Origin: Candidatus Buchananbacteria bacterium
GTDB taxonomy: Bacteria; Patescibacteriota; Patescibacteriia; Buchananbacterales; UBA6539
Length of the DNA stretch: 45,119 nucleotides
Assembly: GCA_016930315.1 (NCBI GenBank)
Contig: JAFGGX010000018.1
Location: 1-45,119 of the forward strand
Direction: 5' to 3'
Position 1 is the first letter of the stretch. Every line of letters starts with the position of its first letter. A program made the position numbers and the translations under genes. Shown in pieces: positions 19,166 through 27,620 of the stretch. The notes beneath the pieces were generated by a model that saw only the letters and a program-made list of their open reading frames with translations, did no database searches and was not told the DNA's origin.

Positions 19166-20413
19166 ATGAATTTAGTTACTCTAAAAATTGCCTTAAGAGC
19201 CTTGTCTAGTCATAAAAGCCGGACGTTTTTAACCGTTTTGGGCATTGTGATTGGGATTGCCGCAGTGGTAGCAGTGATGTCAGCCGGTCAGGGAATTAAA
19301 GCATTGGTGGTTGATCAGGTTGAATCTTTTGGTTCCGATTTGATCCAAACCGAAATCAAAGTGCCGAGCGCCAAAAAAAATTCTTCGGAAAATGCTTTTG
19401 GTATTGCTAGCGGAATTGAAGTAACGACTTTAAAACTTTCTGATCGCGACGCTATTATGAAGTTGCCAAATATCAAAGACAGTTATGCTGGTTCAACCGG
19501 TCAGGAATTAGTTTCTTACAATGGGCAGAACCAGCAAGCATTGCTTTATGGCGTTTCGGCTACGTTTATTAATATTGACAAAGGCCAAGTGGAGACGGGT
19601 CGGTTTTTTACCAATGAAGAAGATAATGGTCTGGCTAATGTCGCGGTGATTGGTCAAAAAGTTAAAGATAAATTATTTAATAATGGGCAGGCGATTGATA
19701 AATTGATTAAAATTGGCAAGCAAAAATTTCGGGTGATTGGCGTAATGGAAAAAAGGGGAGCGACTTTTGGTTTTGATATGGATAACATGATTTATATTCC
19801 GGTTCAGACCCTGCAGAAAAAAATTATGGGCGTTGACTATATTATGTTTATTACCTCTCAGGTTAGAAATCCGGATTTAATTGATCAAACCGTTGCCGAA
19901 ATGGAGCAGCTGTTGCGCGAGCGCCACGACATCACCGACCCGGATAAAGAAGATTTTGCCGTCACTTCGATTGCCGAAGCGTTGGATATGTTAAATACAA
20001 TTTTTTGGGCAATCTCGGTTTTGTTAATTGCCGTGGCGGGAATTTCGTTAGTGGTCGGTGGGATTGGGATTATGAATATTATGTATGTGTCGGTAATGGA
20101 GCGAACTTACGAAATTGGTTTGCGCAAATCAGTGGGTGCGACTAACAATAATATTTTGTTTCAATTCTTGTGGGAAGCAGTGATTGTTACTTTCTTGGGT
20201 GCAATCATTGGGGTTTTGATTGGAGTGCTGTTTGCGTGGCTGGTTTCGGTGGTGGCTACATCTCAAGGTTTTGCCTGGAAGTTTGTAGTTTTGCCGTCGT
20301 CTTTAGCCTTAGCCAGCGGCGTAGCCATTGCGATTGGTTTATCGTTTGGAGTTTTTCCAGCCAAAACAGCGGCTAACATGGATCCAGTAACGGCCTTGAG
20401 GTATAATCGATAG
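19166..20413 (+). CDS. MacB/FtsX-like ABC permease 2 (paralog)
   Basis: Same motifs as the preceding permease. Confidence 0.92.
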   Translation: MNLVTLKIALRALSSHKSRTFLTVLGIVIGIAAVVAVMSAGQGIKALVVDQVESFGSDLIQTEIKVPSAKKNSSENAFGIASGIEVTTLKLSDRDAIMKLPNIKDSYAGSTGQELVSYNGQNQQALLYGVSATFINIDKGQVETGRFFTNEEDNGLANVAVIGQKVKDKLFNNGQAIDKLIKIGKQKFRVIGVMEKRGATFGFDMDNMIYIPVQTLQKKIMGVDYIMFITSQVRNPDLIDQTVAEMEQLLRERHDITDPDKEDFAVTSIAEALDMLNTIFWAISVLLIAVAGISLVVGGIGIMNIMYVSVMERTYEIGLRKSVGATNNNILFQFLWEAVIVTFLGAIIGVLIGVLFAWLVSVVATSQGFAWKFVVLPSSLALASGVAIAIGLSFGVFPAKTAANMDPVTALRYNR

Positions 20414-20472
20414 AATCTCAAAAATTAAATCTCAAAAATATGGTGTCTCGCTAGTCGCGGGATTTTTTTAGT

Positions 20473-20517
20473 TTGACAAATTTAGCGAAAAATAGTAAGT
20501 TTTCGGTGGTTCTTTGA
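20473..20517 (+). promoter_or_regulatory. Sigma70 promoter with a downstream boxA-like motif
   Basis: TTGACA-N17-TAAGTT, then GTTCTTTGA (20509-20517); preceded by the TCTCGC/GCGGGA-T7 terminator of the ABC operon. Confidence 0.6.
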
Positions 20518-20554
20518 TGTATGAACAAACCCTTTTAGCATAAGGAGAAGTGTC

Positions 20555-21190
20555 ATGGATCCGAGAAGGGAACGTTGTTTTAAATCTTTTAGGGCAACCT
20601 GTATTCATGTGTTGCCTCGTGTTATCGCTGAGCAGGCTGATGAGCCAAGCACTTGGAGAAGACTCAATCAGGTTAGCGAGTTTGGCCTAATCAACTTCTG
20701 TTGTTTTGCTTATCTTGCCACCCAAGAGTCTTTTTACCGTATTGTATTCGGGCAAAAAATCCTTCAGCCGGCCTTGCGCTCTTTCGTGCCGAGAATGGAT
20801 GCAACGGATTGGTGTGAGTGCTATCGATACGCGATACAACAAGCCATAGCCGACGCCTTGAGTGCGTGCACTGATGTGCCAGAGGATTGGGGCGATACTC
20901 AGAACCAATTCAAGATTGACATGTATTGCAGTGCTCTTAGTCTGCTTCTACTGTGCTTGCACGATGGTTTCTTTGAAACACCTCCAGCATCAAAAGTGCT
21001 CGGATTGATTAGTCGTGGCGAATTAACCCCAGATGCGCTTGATGTGGGGTTCAAAGAAGCTCTCACCGCTGATCATCTGGCCGGCATGTTGGGCGTTGAA
21101 AGGCCGGGAGGTAGGGAGAGGATCAATATGGCTACGGCTTTTTTTGTTTTGTTAGCTGGAAGTGGTGATCATGAAATCCAAGGGCCTTGA
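20555..21190 (+). CDS. Hypothetical (orphan) protein, 211 aa, helical and Cys-rich
   Basis: SD AAGGAG 7 nt before ATG; own promoter and terminator. Confidence 0.7.
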   Translation: MDPRRERCFKSFRATCIHVLPRVIAEQADEPSTWRRLNQVSEFGLINFCCFAYLATQESFYRIVFGQKILQPALRSFVPRMDATDWCECYRYAIQQAIADALSACTDVPEDWGDTQNQFKIDMYCSALSLLLLCLHDGFFETPPASKVLGLISRGELTPDALDVGFKEALTADHLAGMLGVERPGGRERINMATAFFVLLAGSGDHEIQGP

Positions 21191-21229
21191 TGCCCCGCTT
21201 TCGTATTTAGAGTCAATAGCAACTCTAAA

Positions 21230-21268
21230 AAACCCGCGTCTTTTATTTTGGCGCGGGTGTTTCTTTTA
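21230..21268 (+). terminator. Intrinsic terminator, copy 1 of a direct repeat
   Basis: AAACCCGCGTC-TTTTATTTT-GGCGCGGG-TGTTTCTTTTA. Confidence 0.8.
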
Positions 21269-21349
21269 TTATAAAATGGTTGACAAAAATATTAATAATA
21301 TGCTAAATATATGATGAATTCCAATTCAGAGAGTGAGGTGAAAAGCAAG

Positions 21350-21748
21350 ATGAGAAGAGCTAAAGAATCAAAGCGGAGTGTGTTGACAGAGCGAAATAAT
21401 CTGACAGAGCGAAAGGCGGGTCAGGCCAGAAAAGCAATTGCTGTCCTTGAGCAAACTTTTACATGTAAAGTCTTGTACCTGCCGACAAATGATCTCAATG
21501 AGAATCCTGTAGTTGCGATTTCTGTTCTGAAGAAAGGGTCAGAATTCACGCACTCAGATTTGGAAAAAATTGGTACGGTAGTTGGTGGCTTGGTGTGCGA
21601 CGACGGATTCATTATTGTGATGCATGGGGAAAAGGCCTTCCTTGGCCCTGACCCCTGTGACGCAGATGGGTCCAAGCACAACGGCGAAGTGATCAGTTAT
21701 TATAAAGTTGAATATGATCTCGAGCTCACCGCCCCAGCCGTCGCGTGA
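21350..21748 (+). CDS. Hypothetical (orphan) protein, ~132 aa
   Basis: SD-like GAGGTG 9 nt before the in-frame ATG at 21350 (alternative start 21311); TTGACA at 21280. Confidence 0.65.
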   Translation: MRRAKESKRSVLTERNNLTERKAGQARKAIAVLEQTFTCKVLYLPTNDLNENPVVAISVLKKGSEFTHSDLEKIGTVVGGLVCDDGFIIVMHGEKAFLGPDPCDADGSKHNGEVISYYKVEYDLELTAPAVA

Positions 21749-21798
21749 CCGTCGACAGCATCCAAGAAGCGCAATGTGCGCTGACGTCCTTTGGACAT

Positions 21799-21836
21799 AA
21801 ACCCGCGTCTTGTTTTTTGGCGCGGGCTTTCTTTTA
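21799..21836 (+). terminator. Intrinsic terminator, copy 2 of a direct repeat
   Basis: AAACCCGCGTC-TTGTTTTTT-GGCGCGGG-CTTTCTTTTA. Confidence 0.8.
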
Positions 21837-22409
21837 CCACGGCATTGTTAAGTTGATTGTGGTTTCTTTTTTTTCTTCCCAAGCGGCAGTTTCAATCGGG
21901 AATTGTTTAATTTCATCTAAAATTTTATAGCGTAAGAATTTGTTGTTGAGGGCAAATTCATAAATCTCTTTGGTGATTTTTACATCTTGCTGGCAGTATT
22001 GTTTGATTTTTTCAATCTCGCCATTTTTATACCAAGTAATTGCATCCAAGCCATTACCGCTTTTTTTTATTCCAAGAGTCCCGTCAGCTACCGAATCCAA
22101 ACGGATTTTGTGACCCAAGGATTTTCTGATTTCTTCCAATAAATCTAGACTTTTGATTTTGGTTAAGTCGCCCGGATAATATTTATTTAAAATCGGAATA
22201 TCAAAATAATCGGAATTATATCCGATAATTAAATCCGTGTTTTCTAAAAGCGGCCAAAGTTTATTTAATTCGTTTTCCAGAAAAGTAAAATATTGATCGG
22301 TTTGGTAGTCGTAAACAACCAACAAAGAAATATCTAAAAGTTTAGGTTCGTTTTTACCAACTTGCTGGAAAGTATTTTTTGTTTCAATATCTAAAACAAC
22401 TTTTTTCAT
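21834..22409 (-). CDS. RNase H-like DEDDy exonuclease domain protein (YprB/MrfB-like)
   Basis: LDIET, GYNSDYFD, LDSVA..TLG..KSG, YCQQDV. Confidence 0.85.
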   Translation of the reverse strand: MKKVVLDIETKNTFQQVGKNEPKLLDISLLVVYDYQTDQYFTFLENELNKLWPLLENTDLIIGYNSDYFDIPILNKYYPGDLTKIKSLDLLEEIRKSLGHKIRLDSVADGTLGIKKSGNGLDAITWYKNGEIEKIKQYCQQDVKITKEIYEFALNNKFLRYKILDEIKQFPIETAAWEEKKETTINLTMPW

Positions 22410-22503
22410 AGGTTTATATAGTCTAGCCTAAAATTTAACAGTAATCAAATAATAATCGGCTAGGCGTAAAAAGCCTGGTTTTTAACAATGGGGGGTGGGT
22501 CGC

Positions 22504-22527
22504 GTAGGCGAGGAATTTATCCTCGCC
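22504..22527 (+). repeat. GTAG-type REP-like hairpin
   Basis: GTA-GGCGAGGA-ATTTA-TCCTCGCC in a GC-rich intergenic patch. Confidence 0.5.
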
Positions 22528-22574
22528 GTTGGTGTTTGCTCGTCAAAAAATTATTTTTTTGTTAAAATAAACTC

Positions 22575-23933
22575 ATGGTTAAAATCAAAAAATCAAAATC
22601 AAAAAATTTAGCCTGGGTGGTGGCAGTGAATATGGGCTATGGCCATCAACGTCCGGCTCATAGTTTGCATCAATTGGCTTATCAAAATCAAGTGATTGTT
22701 GCCAATTCTTATCCGGGCATTCCTCAATCAGACAAAAGAATTTGGAAAACCAGCCGCAAATTTTATGAATTTGTTTCGCGTTTTACTCACGTGCCAATTG
22801 TTGGGCCGTGGGTTTTTTCGATTTTTGATCGAATTCAAGAAATCCCTTCTTTTTATCCGCGGCGCGATTTATCCAAACCAACCATCCAAATTAAACAAAT
22901 TTATCGATTTATCAAACGCAATCATTGGGGCAAGCACTTGATCGAAAAATTGGCTAAAAATCCATTGCCACTGGTTACTACTTTTTTTGCCATTGCTTTT
23001 ATGGCCGAAGAATATAATTATCCGGGTGAAATTTATTGTGTTGCCACCGACACCGATATCACTCGAGCTTGGGCACCGAAAAATCCCCATCAAACTCGGA
23101 TTAAATATTTTGCCCCAAATTATCGGGTGGTTGAAAGGCTTAAAGAATATGGTGTACCCGAAAAAAGTATTCATTTAGCCGGTTTTCCGTTGCCAATGGA
23201 AAATATCGGTGGGCCGACTATGAATATTTTGCGTCGCGATCTAGCCAACCGATTAATTAATCTTGATCCAAAAAATAATTATCGGAATAATTATGGTGCA
23301 CTGGTAACTAAAAAAATAAAATTAAAAAGTTTACCAAAAGAAAGCAATCATCCTTTAACTTTAACTTTTGCAGTTGGGGGAGCGGGCGCACAGCGAGAAA
23401 TCGGCGCTTTGATTTTGGCGAGCTTAAGAAAAAAAATTAAAGAGAAAAAAATTCGGTTGGTTTTGGTGGCCGGTATTCACAATAGTGTTAGTACTTATTT
23501 TCGTCAGCAAGTCAAAAAAAACGGATTGGCTAATCAACTTGATTCGGGGGTGGTGATTGTTCACGCTTCTTCTAAGGAAGAATATTTTGATTTATTTAAC
23601 GAAGCCATGCGCGTCACTGACATTTTGTGGACCAAACCATCAGAACTATCTTTTTATTGTGCGTTAGGAATTCCGATTGTAATGTCGCCGCCAATTGGTT
23701 CGCAAGAGGTCTTTAATCAGCGCTGGCTACAAACGTTGGGTGTGGCGGCCAACCAAGATCGGCCGGAATATACTCATGAATGGCTATTTGATTGGATTGA
23801 TAGCGGCTGGTGCGCCGAAGCGGCGATGCAAGGCTTTATTGAAGCGCCAAAATGCGGTACTTGTAACATTGAAAAAATTATTGCCCGCAAACCTCAAGCA
23901 ACTAAAAAAATTAAGATGACTTTGCAATACTAA
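22575..23933 (+). CDS. GT-B glycosyltransferase-like protein (MGDG synthase/GT28-related)
   Basis: GYGHQRPA, ATDTD, TKPSEL, PIGSQEVFN resemble the GT28/UgtP motifs GxGH, TD, TKPGG, PIPGQE. Confidence 0.65.
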   Translation: MVKIKKSKSKNLAWVVAVNMGYGHQRPAHSLHQLAYQNQVIVANSYPGIPQSDKRIWKTSRKFYEFVSRFTHVPIVGPWVFSIFDRIQEIPSFYPRRDLSKPTIQIKQIYRFIKRNHWGKHLIEKLAKNPLPLVTTFFAIAFMAEEYNYPGEIYCVATDTDITRAWAPKNPHQTRIKYFAPNYRVVERLKEYGVPEKSIHLAGFPLPMENIGGPTMNILRRDLANRLINLDPKNNYRNNYGALVTKKIKLKSLPKESNHPLTLTFAVGGAGAQREIGALILASLRKKIKEKKIRLVLVAGIHNSVSTYFRQQVKKNGLANQLDSGVVIVHASSKEEYFDLFNEAMRVTDILWTKPSELSFYCALGIPIVMSPPIGSQEVFNQRWLQTLGVAANQDRPEYTHEWLFDWIDSGWCAEAAMQGFIEAPKCGTCNIEKIIARKPQATKKIKMTLQY

Positions 23934-24041
23934 ATTGACCTTGATTTAAATTTCCCTTAAATACTAGTATTTTTTTAAATTTTCCTTTATAATACCATTG
24001 TGTATAACTAAAAAGCCTTAATTATTAATAAAAAGGAAATT

Positions 24042-24323
24042 ATGGCAAAAATGACCAAGTCTCAGTTATTAGCCGTTTTGGCTGAGAAAACTGAGCTAAG
24101 TAAGAAGGACGTCGCTAATTTTATGGATAAAATGACGGAACTTGCTTACGTAGAAGTCAAAAAGAATGGCGAATTTACCATCCCAGGCGTTGGTAAATTA
24201 GTCAAAGTCGACCGAAAAGCAAGAATGGGCCGAAATCCAGCCACTGGCGAAGAAATCAAGATTCCTGCTAAAACTGTGGTGAAGTTCCGAGTTGCTAAAG
24301 CTGCCAAAGACGCCGTATTATAA
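24042..24323 (+). CDS. hup: Histone-like DNA-binding protein HU
   Basis: ARMGRNPATGEEIKIPAK motif; SD AAGGA. Confidence 0.93.
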   Translation: MAKMTKSQLLAVLAEKTELSKKDVANFMDKMTELAYVEVKKNGEFTIPGVGKLVKVDRKARMGRNPATGEEIKIPAKTVVKFRVAKAAKDAVL

Positions 24324-24341
24324 TCTAGTTTAAGGCGAATC

Positions 24342-24369
24342 AAAAGAGGGCTATTTAGCCCTCTTTTTT
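24342..24369. terminator. Bidirectional terminator
   Basis: AAAAGAGGGCTA-TT-TAGCCCTCTTTT. Confidence 0.85.
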
Positions 24370-24382
24370 GTTTTGATAATTT

Positions 24383-24624
24383 TGGTCGGGCTGGTCACGT
24401 CGCTCGCGAGCGACGTGAAGGCTTTATCGTTCCGAATCCATCACCTTATTTAAAAATTTCTTTGTCGGGGTAGCCGGATTTGAACCGACGACCTCATCGT
24501 CCCGAACGATGCGCGCTACCAACTGCGCTATACCCCGGCAGAAAAATTTTAATTTAAAAAATATAAGATGAAAGACGCGCTAGCCAATGGAGTTTATCCC
24601 GACGAATGTCGGGGCTACAGCTCG
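24383..24624 (-). pseudogene. Degenerate outer tRNA-Pro-like gene split around the intact tRNA
   Basis: 5' part CGAGCTG-TA-GC…ATTGGCTA-GCGC-G (24624-24576); 3' part TTCGGAA-CGATA-AAGCC…CAGCCCG-ACCA (24436-24383); acceptor strands pair 6/7. Confidence 0.6.
24465..24537 (-). tRNA. tRNA-Pro (anticodon CGG), CCA not encoded
   Basis: CGGGGTA TA GCGC AGTTGGTA GCGC G CATCG TTCGGGA CGATG AGGTC GTCGG TTCAAAT CCGGC TACCCCG A forms a full cloverleaf. Confidence 0.95.
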
Positions 24625-24638
24625 ATTGTGTCTTTGCT

Positions 24639-24667
24639 AGTTTAACTTTTTTTGTTACTAAAATCAA
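24639..24667 (-). promoter_or_regulatory. Sigma70 promoter for the tRNA locus
   Basis: TTGATT-N17-TAAACT on the minus strand, 14 nt upstream of the outer tRNA-like 5' end. Confidence 0.6.
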
Positions 24668-24799
24668 GCCATTTGTTGTTAAAGAGGTCATTAAATTAGT
24701 CTATATTATTATATTTTTGTCAAGTTTGGGATAATTTTGACCATTGTCTTAATTAAAGGTAAAATGTAATAGCATTTAAAGCTTAAAAATTGCGATTTT

Positions 24800-25492
24800 A
24801 TGGCCGAAATTAACCAATTAGCACATTTAGGCATTATTATGGACGGCAATCGACGTTGGGCCAAAAATAATGGTCTGGCTAGTCTTGTAGGCCATCGCAA
24901 AGGGTATGAAAAGATGAAAGAAGTGGCTAGTTGGTGTATTGAAGCTGGTGTAAAAGTTTTGACCGTTTATGCTTTTTCAACTGAGAATTGGAACCGCTCT
25001 GAGTATGAGGTCAAATATTTAATGGATCTGTTTCGGCTGGTATTAAAAAACGATTTAGCAAAATTAGCCGAGCAGGGAATTAGAGTTAATGTCATTGGTC
25101 AAAAAGAAAGATTGGATGCCGACATCCAAGATTTAATTGCTCAAGCTGAAATCAAAACTAAAAACAATCAGCGTTTGATTTTTAACTTAGCCATTTCATA
25201 CGGCGGTCGGCCGGAAATTATTCAGGCAGTCAAAAAAATCATTGATCAAAAAATTGCAATTGAAAAAATTGACGAAGATTTAATTAAAAAATTTTTGTGG
25301 ACAGATGGCTTACCCGATCCAGATTTAATTATTCGCACTTCCGGTGAACATCGCTTGTCAAACTTTTTAACTTGGCAATCAGTTTATTCCGAATTGTTAT
25401 TTATCGATAAACACTGGCCGGATTTTAGTCAGGCCGATTTACAACAAGCAATTGAGGTGTTTAATAACCGCCAACGTCGATACGGAAAGTAA
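24800..25492 (+). CDS. uppS: Undecaprenyl diphosphate synthase
   Basis: HLGIIMDGNRRWA, YAFSTENWNRS, DLIIRTSGEHRLSNFL, RRYG. Confidence 0.95.
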   Translation: MAEINQLAHLGIIMDGNRRWAKNNGLASLVGHRKGYEKMKEVASWCIEAGVKVLTVYAFSTENWNRSEYEVKYLMDLFRLVLKNDLAKLAEQGIRVNVIGQKERLDADIQDLIAQAEIKTKNNQRLIFNLAISYGGRPEIIQAVKKIIDQKIAIEKIDEDLIKKFLWTDGLPDPDLIIRTSGEHRLSNFLTWQSVYSELLFIDKHWPDFSQADLQQAIEVFNNRQRRYGK

Positions 25493-25496
25493 TTTT

Positions 25497-26744
25497 ATGG
25501 ATTTATTCGACCAAAATTTAGAAAACAATTTAGCCAGTCAAGCTCCGCTGGCCGATCGCTTGCGGCCAAAAACGCTGGATGATTTTGTCGGTCAAAAAGA
25601 AATTATTGGCCCAGGTACTTTATTGCGCCAAGCGATTGAAAACGATAATTTGCCGTCAATTATTTTTTGGGGCCCGCCGGGCAGCGGCAAAAGTACTCTG
25701 GCCAGAATCATTGCCCAAATGACTAAGTCAGTTTTTATTCAATTTTCGGCTGTGACCTCGGGGGTTAAAGAATTGCGCGAAATTATTCAGCAAGCCCGCG
25801 ACCGTCGGAAGTTTAATAGCCAACGAACCATTCTTTTTATCGATGAAATCCATCGTTGGAATAAATCTCAGCAAGATGCGTTACTGCCTCATGTCGAACA
25901 AGGTCTAATTACTTTAATTGGCGCCACCACTGAAAATCCAAGTTTTGAAGTGAATTCAGCTCTGCTTTCCAGAAGTCGAGTTTTTGTGCTCCAACAACAT
26001 TCCGATCACGATTTAGAAATGATTATTGAGCGGGCAATCAAAACCGCTTTCAAGCATTTAAAAATTGATATTGATGCTCCAACGATTCGTTATTTTGCCT
26101 CTTTGGCTAATGGCGATGCTCGAGTGGTTCTAAACGCTCTTGAATTTGCGGTTAATTCGATTCGGCCAGACAGCCAAGGAAAAATTGTGATTACTAAAGA
26201 CAAAATTAAAGAGGCATTGCAAAAATCCAGTTATCTTTACGACAAAGATGGCGAACAACATTACAACATTATTTCGGCTTTGCATAAGTCAGTCCGAGGC
26301 GGTGATGCCGACGCGGCTCTTTATTGGCTCAGCCGGATGCTGGAAGCCGGCGAAGACCCTCTTTACGTCGCTCGGCGCATGATTAGAATGGCGGTTGAAG
26401 ATATTGGTTTAGCCGACCCGCACGCCCTAGAACAGGCCGTGGCTGCTTATCAAGGCGCTCATTTTTTAGGCATGCCCGAATGTGACATTATTTTAGGCCA
26501 ATGTATTGTCTATTTGGCCCGAGCGCCAAAATCGGTGGAGGTTTATCGCGCTTATGGCCAGGTTAAAGAAGATGTAAAAAATACCATGGATGAACCAGTC
26601 CCGCTTCACTTGCGCAACGCGCCGACCAAATTGATGAAGGATTTAAATTACGGCAAAGATTATAAATATTCGCCAGACTACGATTGGCAAGAAGACCAGC
26701 AATATTTGCCGACCAGCTTAAAGGGTAAAAAATATTTAGACTAA
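25497..26744 (+). CDS. rarA: Replication-associated recombination protein A (MgsA)
   Basis: [61 protein letters not shown]; ATG at 25497. Confidence 0.93.
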   Translation: MDLFDQNLENNLASQAPLADRLRPKTLDDFVGQKEIIGPGTLLRQAIENDNLPSIIFWGPPGSGKSTLARIIAQMTKSVFIQFSAVTSGVKELREIIQQARDRRKFNSQRTILFIDEIHRWNKSQQDALLPHVEQGLITLIGATTENPSFEVNSALLSRSRVFVLQQHSDHDLEMIIERAIKTAFKHLKIDIDAPTIRYFASLANGDARVVLNALEFAVNSIRPDSQGKIVITKDKIKEALQKSSYLYDKDGEQHYNIISALHKSVRGGDADAALYWLSRMLEAGEDPLYVARRMIRMAVEDIGLADPHALEQAVAAYQGAHFLGMPECDIILGQCIVYLARAPKSVEVYRAYGQVKEDVKNTMDEPVPLHLRNAPTKLMKDLNYGKDYKYSPDYDWQEDQQYLPTSLKGKKYLD

Positions 26745-26790
26745 AAATAAAATAGATTAAAAAACTAGCTTAAAACATGAACTAAATTTT

Positions 26791-27222
26791 ATGGTTAGGC
26801 AAAACACAATCGGCTTTGTCATTTTTAAAATGGTGGGCCGTGAAATCAAATATTTGATGTTGCATCACGAGGGTCAATATTGGAATTTTCCTAAAGGTCG
26901 CCAGGAGTCGGGGGAAAGCGAGCTAGCAACCGCCAAACGAGAATTAGCCGAAGAAACCGGTATCCAGACAGTCGAAGTGATTAAAGATTTTCGTTATGAG
27001 TATGATTATGATATCGATACAATTGTTAGCGACGGAGTAAAAGAAAAAGCCGCCAAACACGCCATTTTTTTCTTAGGTCAAGTCCAAGATCAAGAAATTA
27101 AAATTTCGGCTGAACATCTTGACTATGGTTGGTTTGATTTTGAAACCGCTTTAAAGAGAGCCTTTTATCAGGATGGTCAGAATCTAATTAAAGCGGCTAA
27201 TCAATTTCTTTCAAAAAGGTAG
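26791..27222 (+). CDS. NUDIX hydrolase (Ap4A hydrolase-like)
   Basis: WNFPKG…E…AKRELAEETG; SAEHLDYGW. Confidence 0.85.
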   Translation: MVRQNTIGFVIFKMVGREIKYLMLHHEGQYWNFPKGRQESGESELATAKRELAEETGIQTVEVIKDFRYEYDYDIDTIVSDGVKEKAAKHAIFFLGQVQDQEIKISAEHLDYGWFDFETALKRAFYQDGQNLIKAANQFLSKR

Positions 27223-27270
27223 GATTTTGTGTTATAATCAACAATAATTAACTGCTAAAATTTTTGAATT

Positions 27271-27609
27271 ATGACTGACGAAAAATGGCAAGACATCAAG
27301 TGGCTAGTCAAAGATAAATTTGGCATTGATGTTGACGACACCCAAGATTTGCCTGAAGACGAAGGCCCAGGAATAATTGAAATTATTGAATTTCATGGTC
27401 CGTTGGGTAAAATGCGGCTGACTCGAACAACTAAGCCATTGATCTTAGAAAAAAAAGTTTTAGGTTCACGCCGAATTGGCAGCGATTCTTCGGTCCAATA
27501 TAAATATTCCGACACGGAAAAAACTTATAAATTTACCGTTTATCGATGGGACGATACCGCCAACGATTGGGTGGAGATGGAAAAAGAGCGCGGTGAAATG
27601 ATTTTTTAA
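27271..27609 (+). CDS. Hypothetical cytoplasmic protein
   Basis: Clean ORF in an operon context with host-like codon usage. Confidence 0.75.
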   Translation: MTDEKWQDIKWLVKDKFGIDVDDTQDLPEDEGPGIIEIIEFHGPLGKMRLTRTTKPLILEKKVLGSRRIGSDSSVQYKYSDTEKTYKFTVYRWDDTANDWVEMEKERGEMIF

Positions 27610-27620
27610 TAGTTTAACCA

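Noticed and set aside
18676-19942. Identical DNA stretch CACGACATCACCGACCCG in both permeases
   Set aside because: Explained by paralogy (conserved HDITDP peptide)
20414-20439. Short tandem repeat AATCTCAAAAAT x2
   Set aside because: Low-complexity AT-rich sequence with only two copies; no supportable function
21190-21836. Integron attC sites after the orphan genes
   Set aside because: The hairpins lack RYYYAAC…GTTRRRY ends, and no integron integrase is present
24383-24537. Prophage or island att site at tRNA-Pro
   Set aside because: The downstream tRNA-like 3' end differs from the intact tRNA's, lies under 100 bp away, and there is no integrase or cargo
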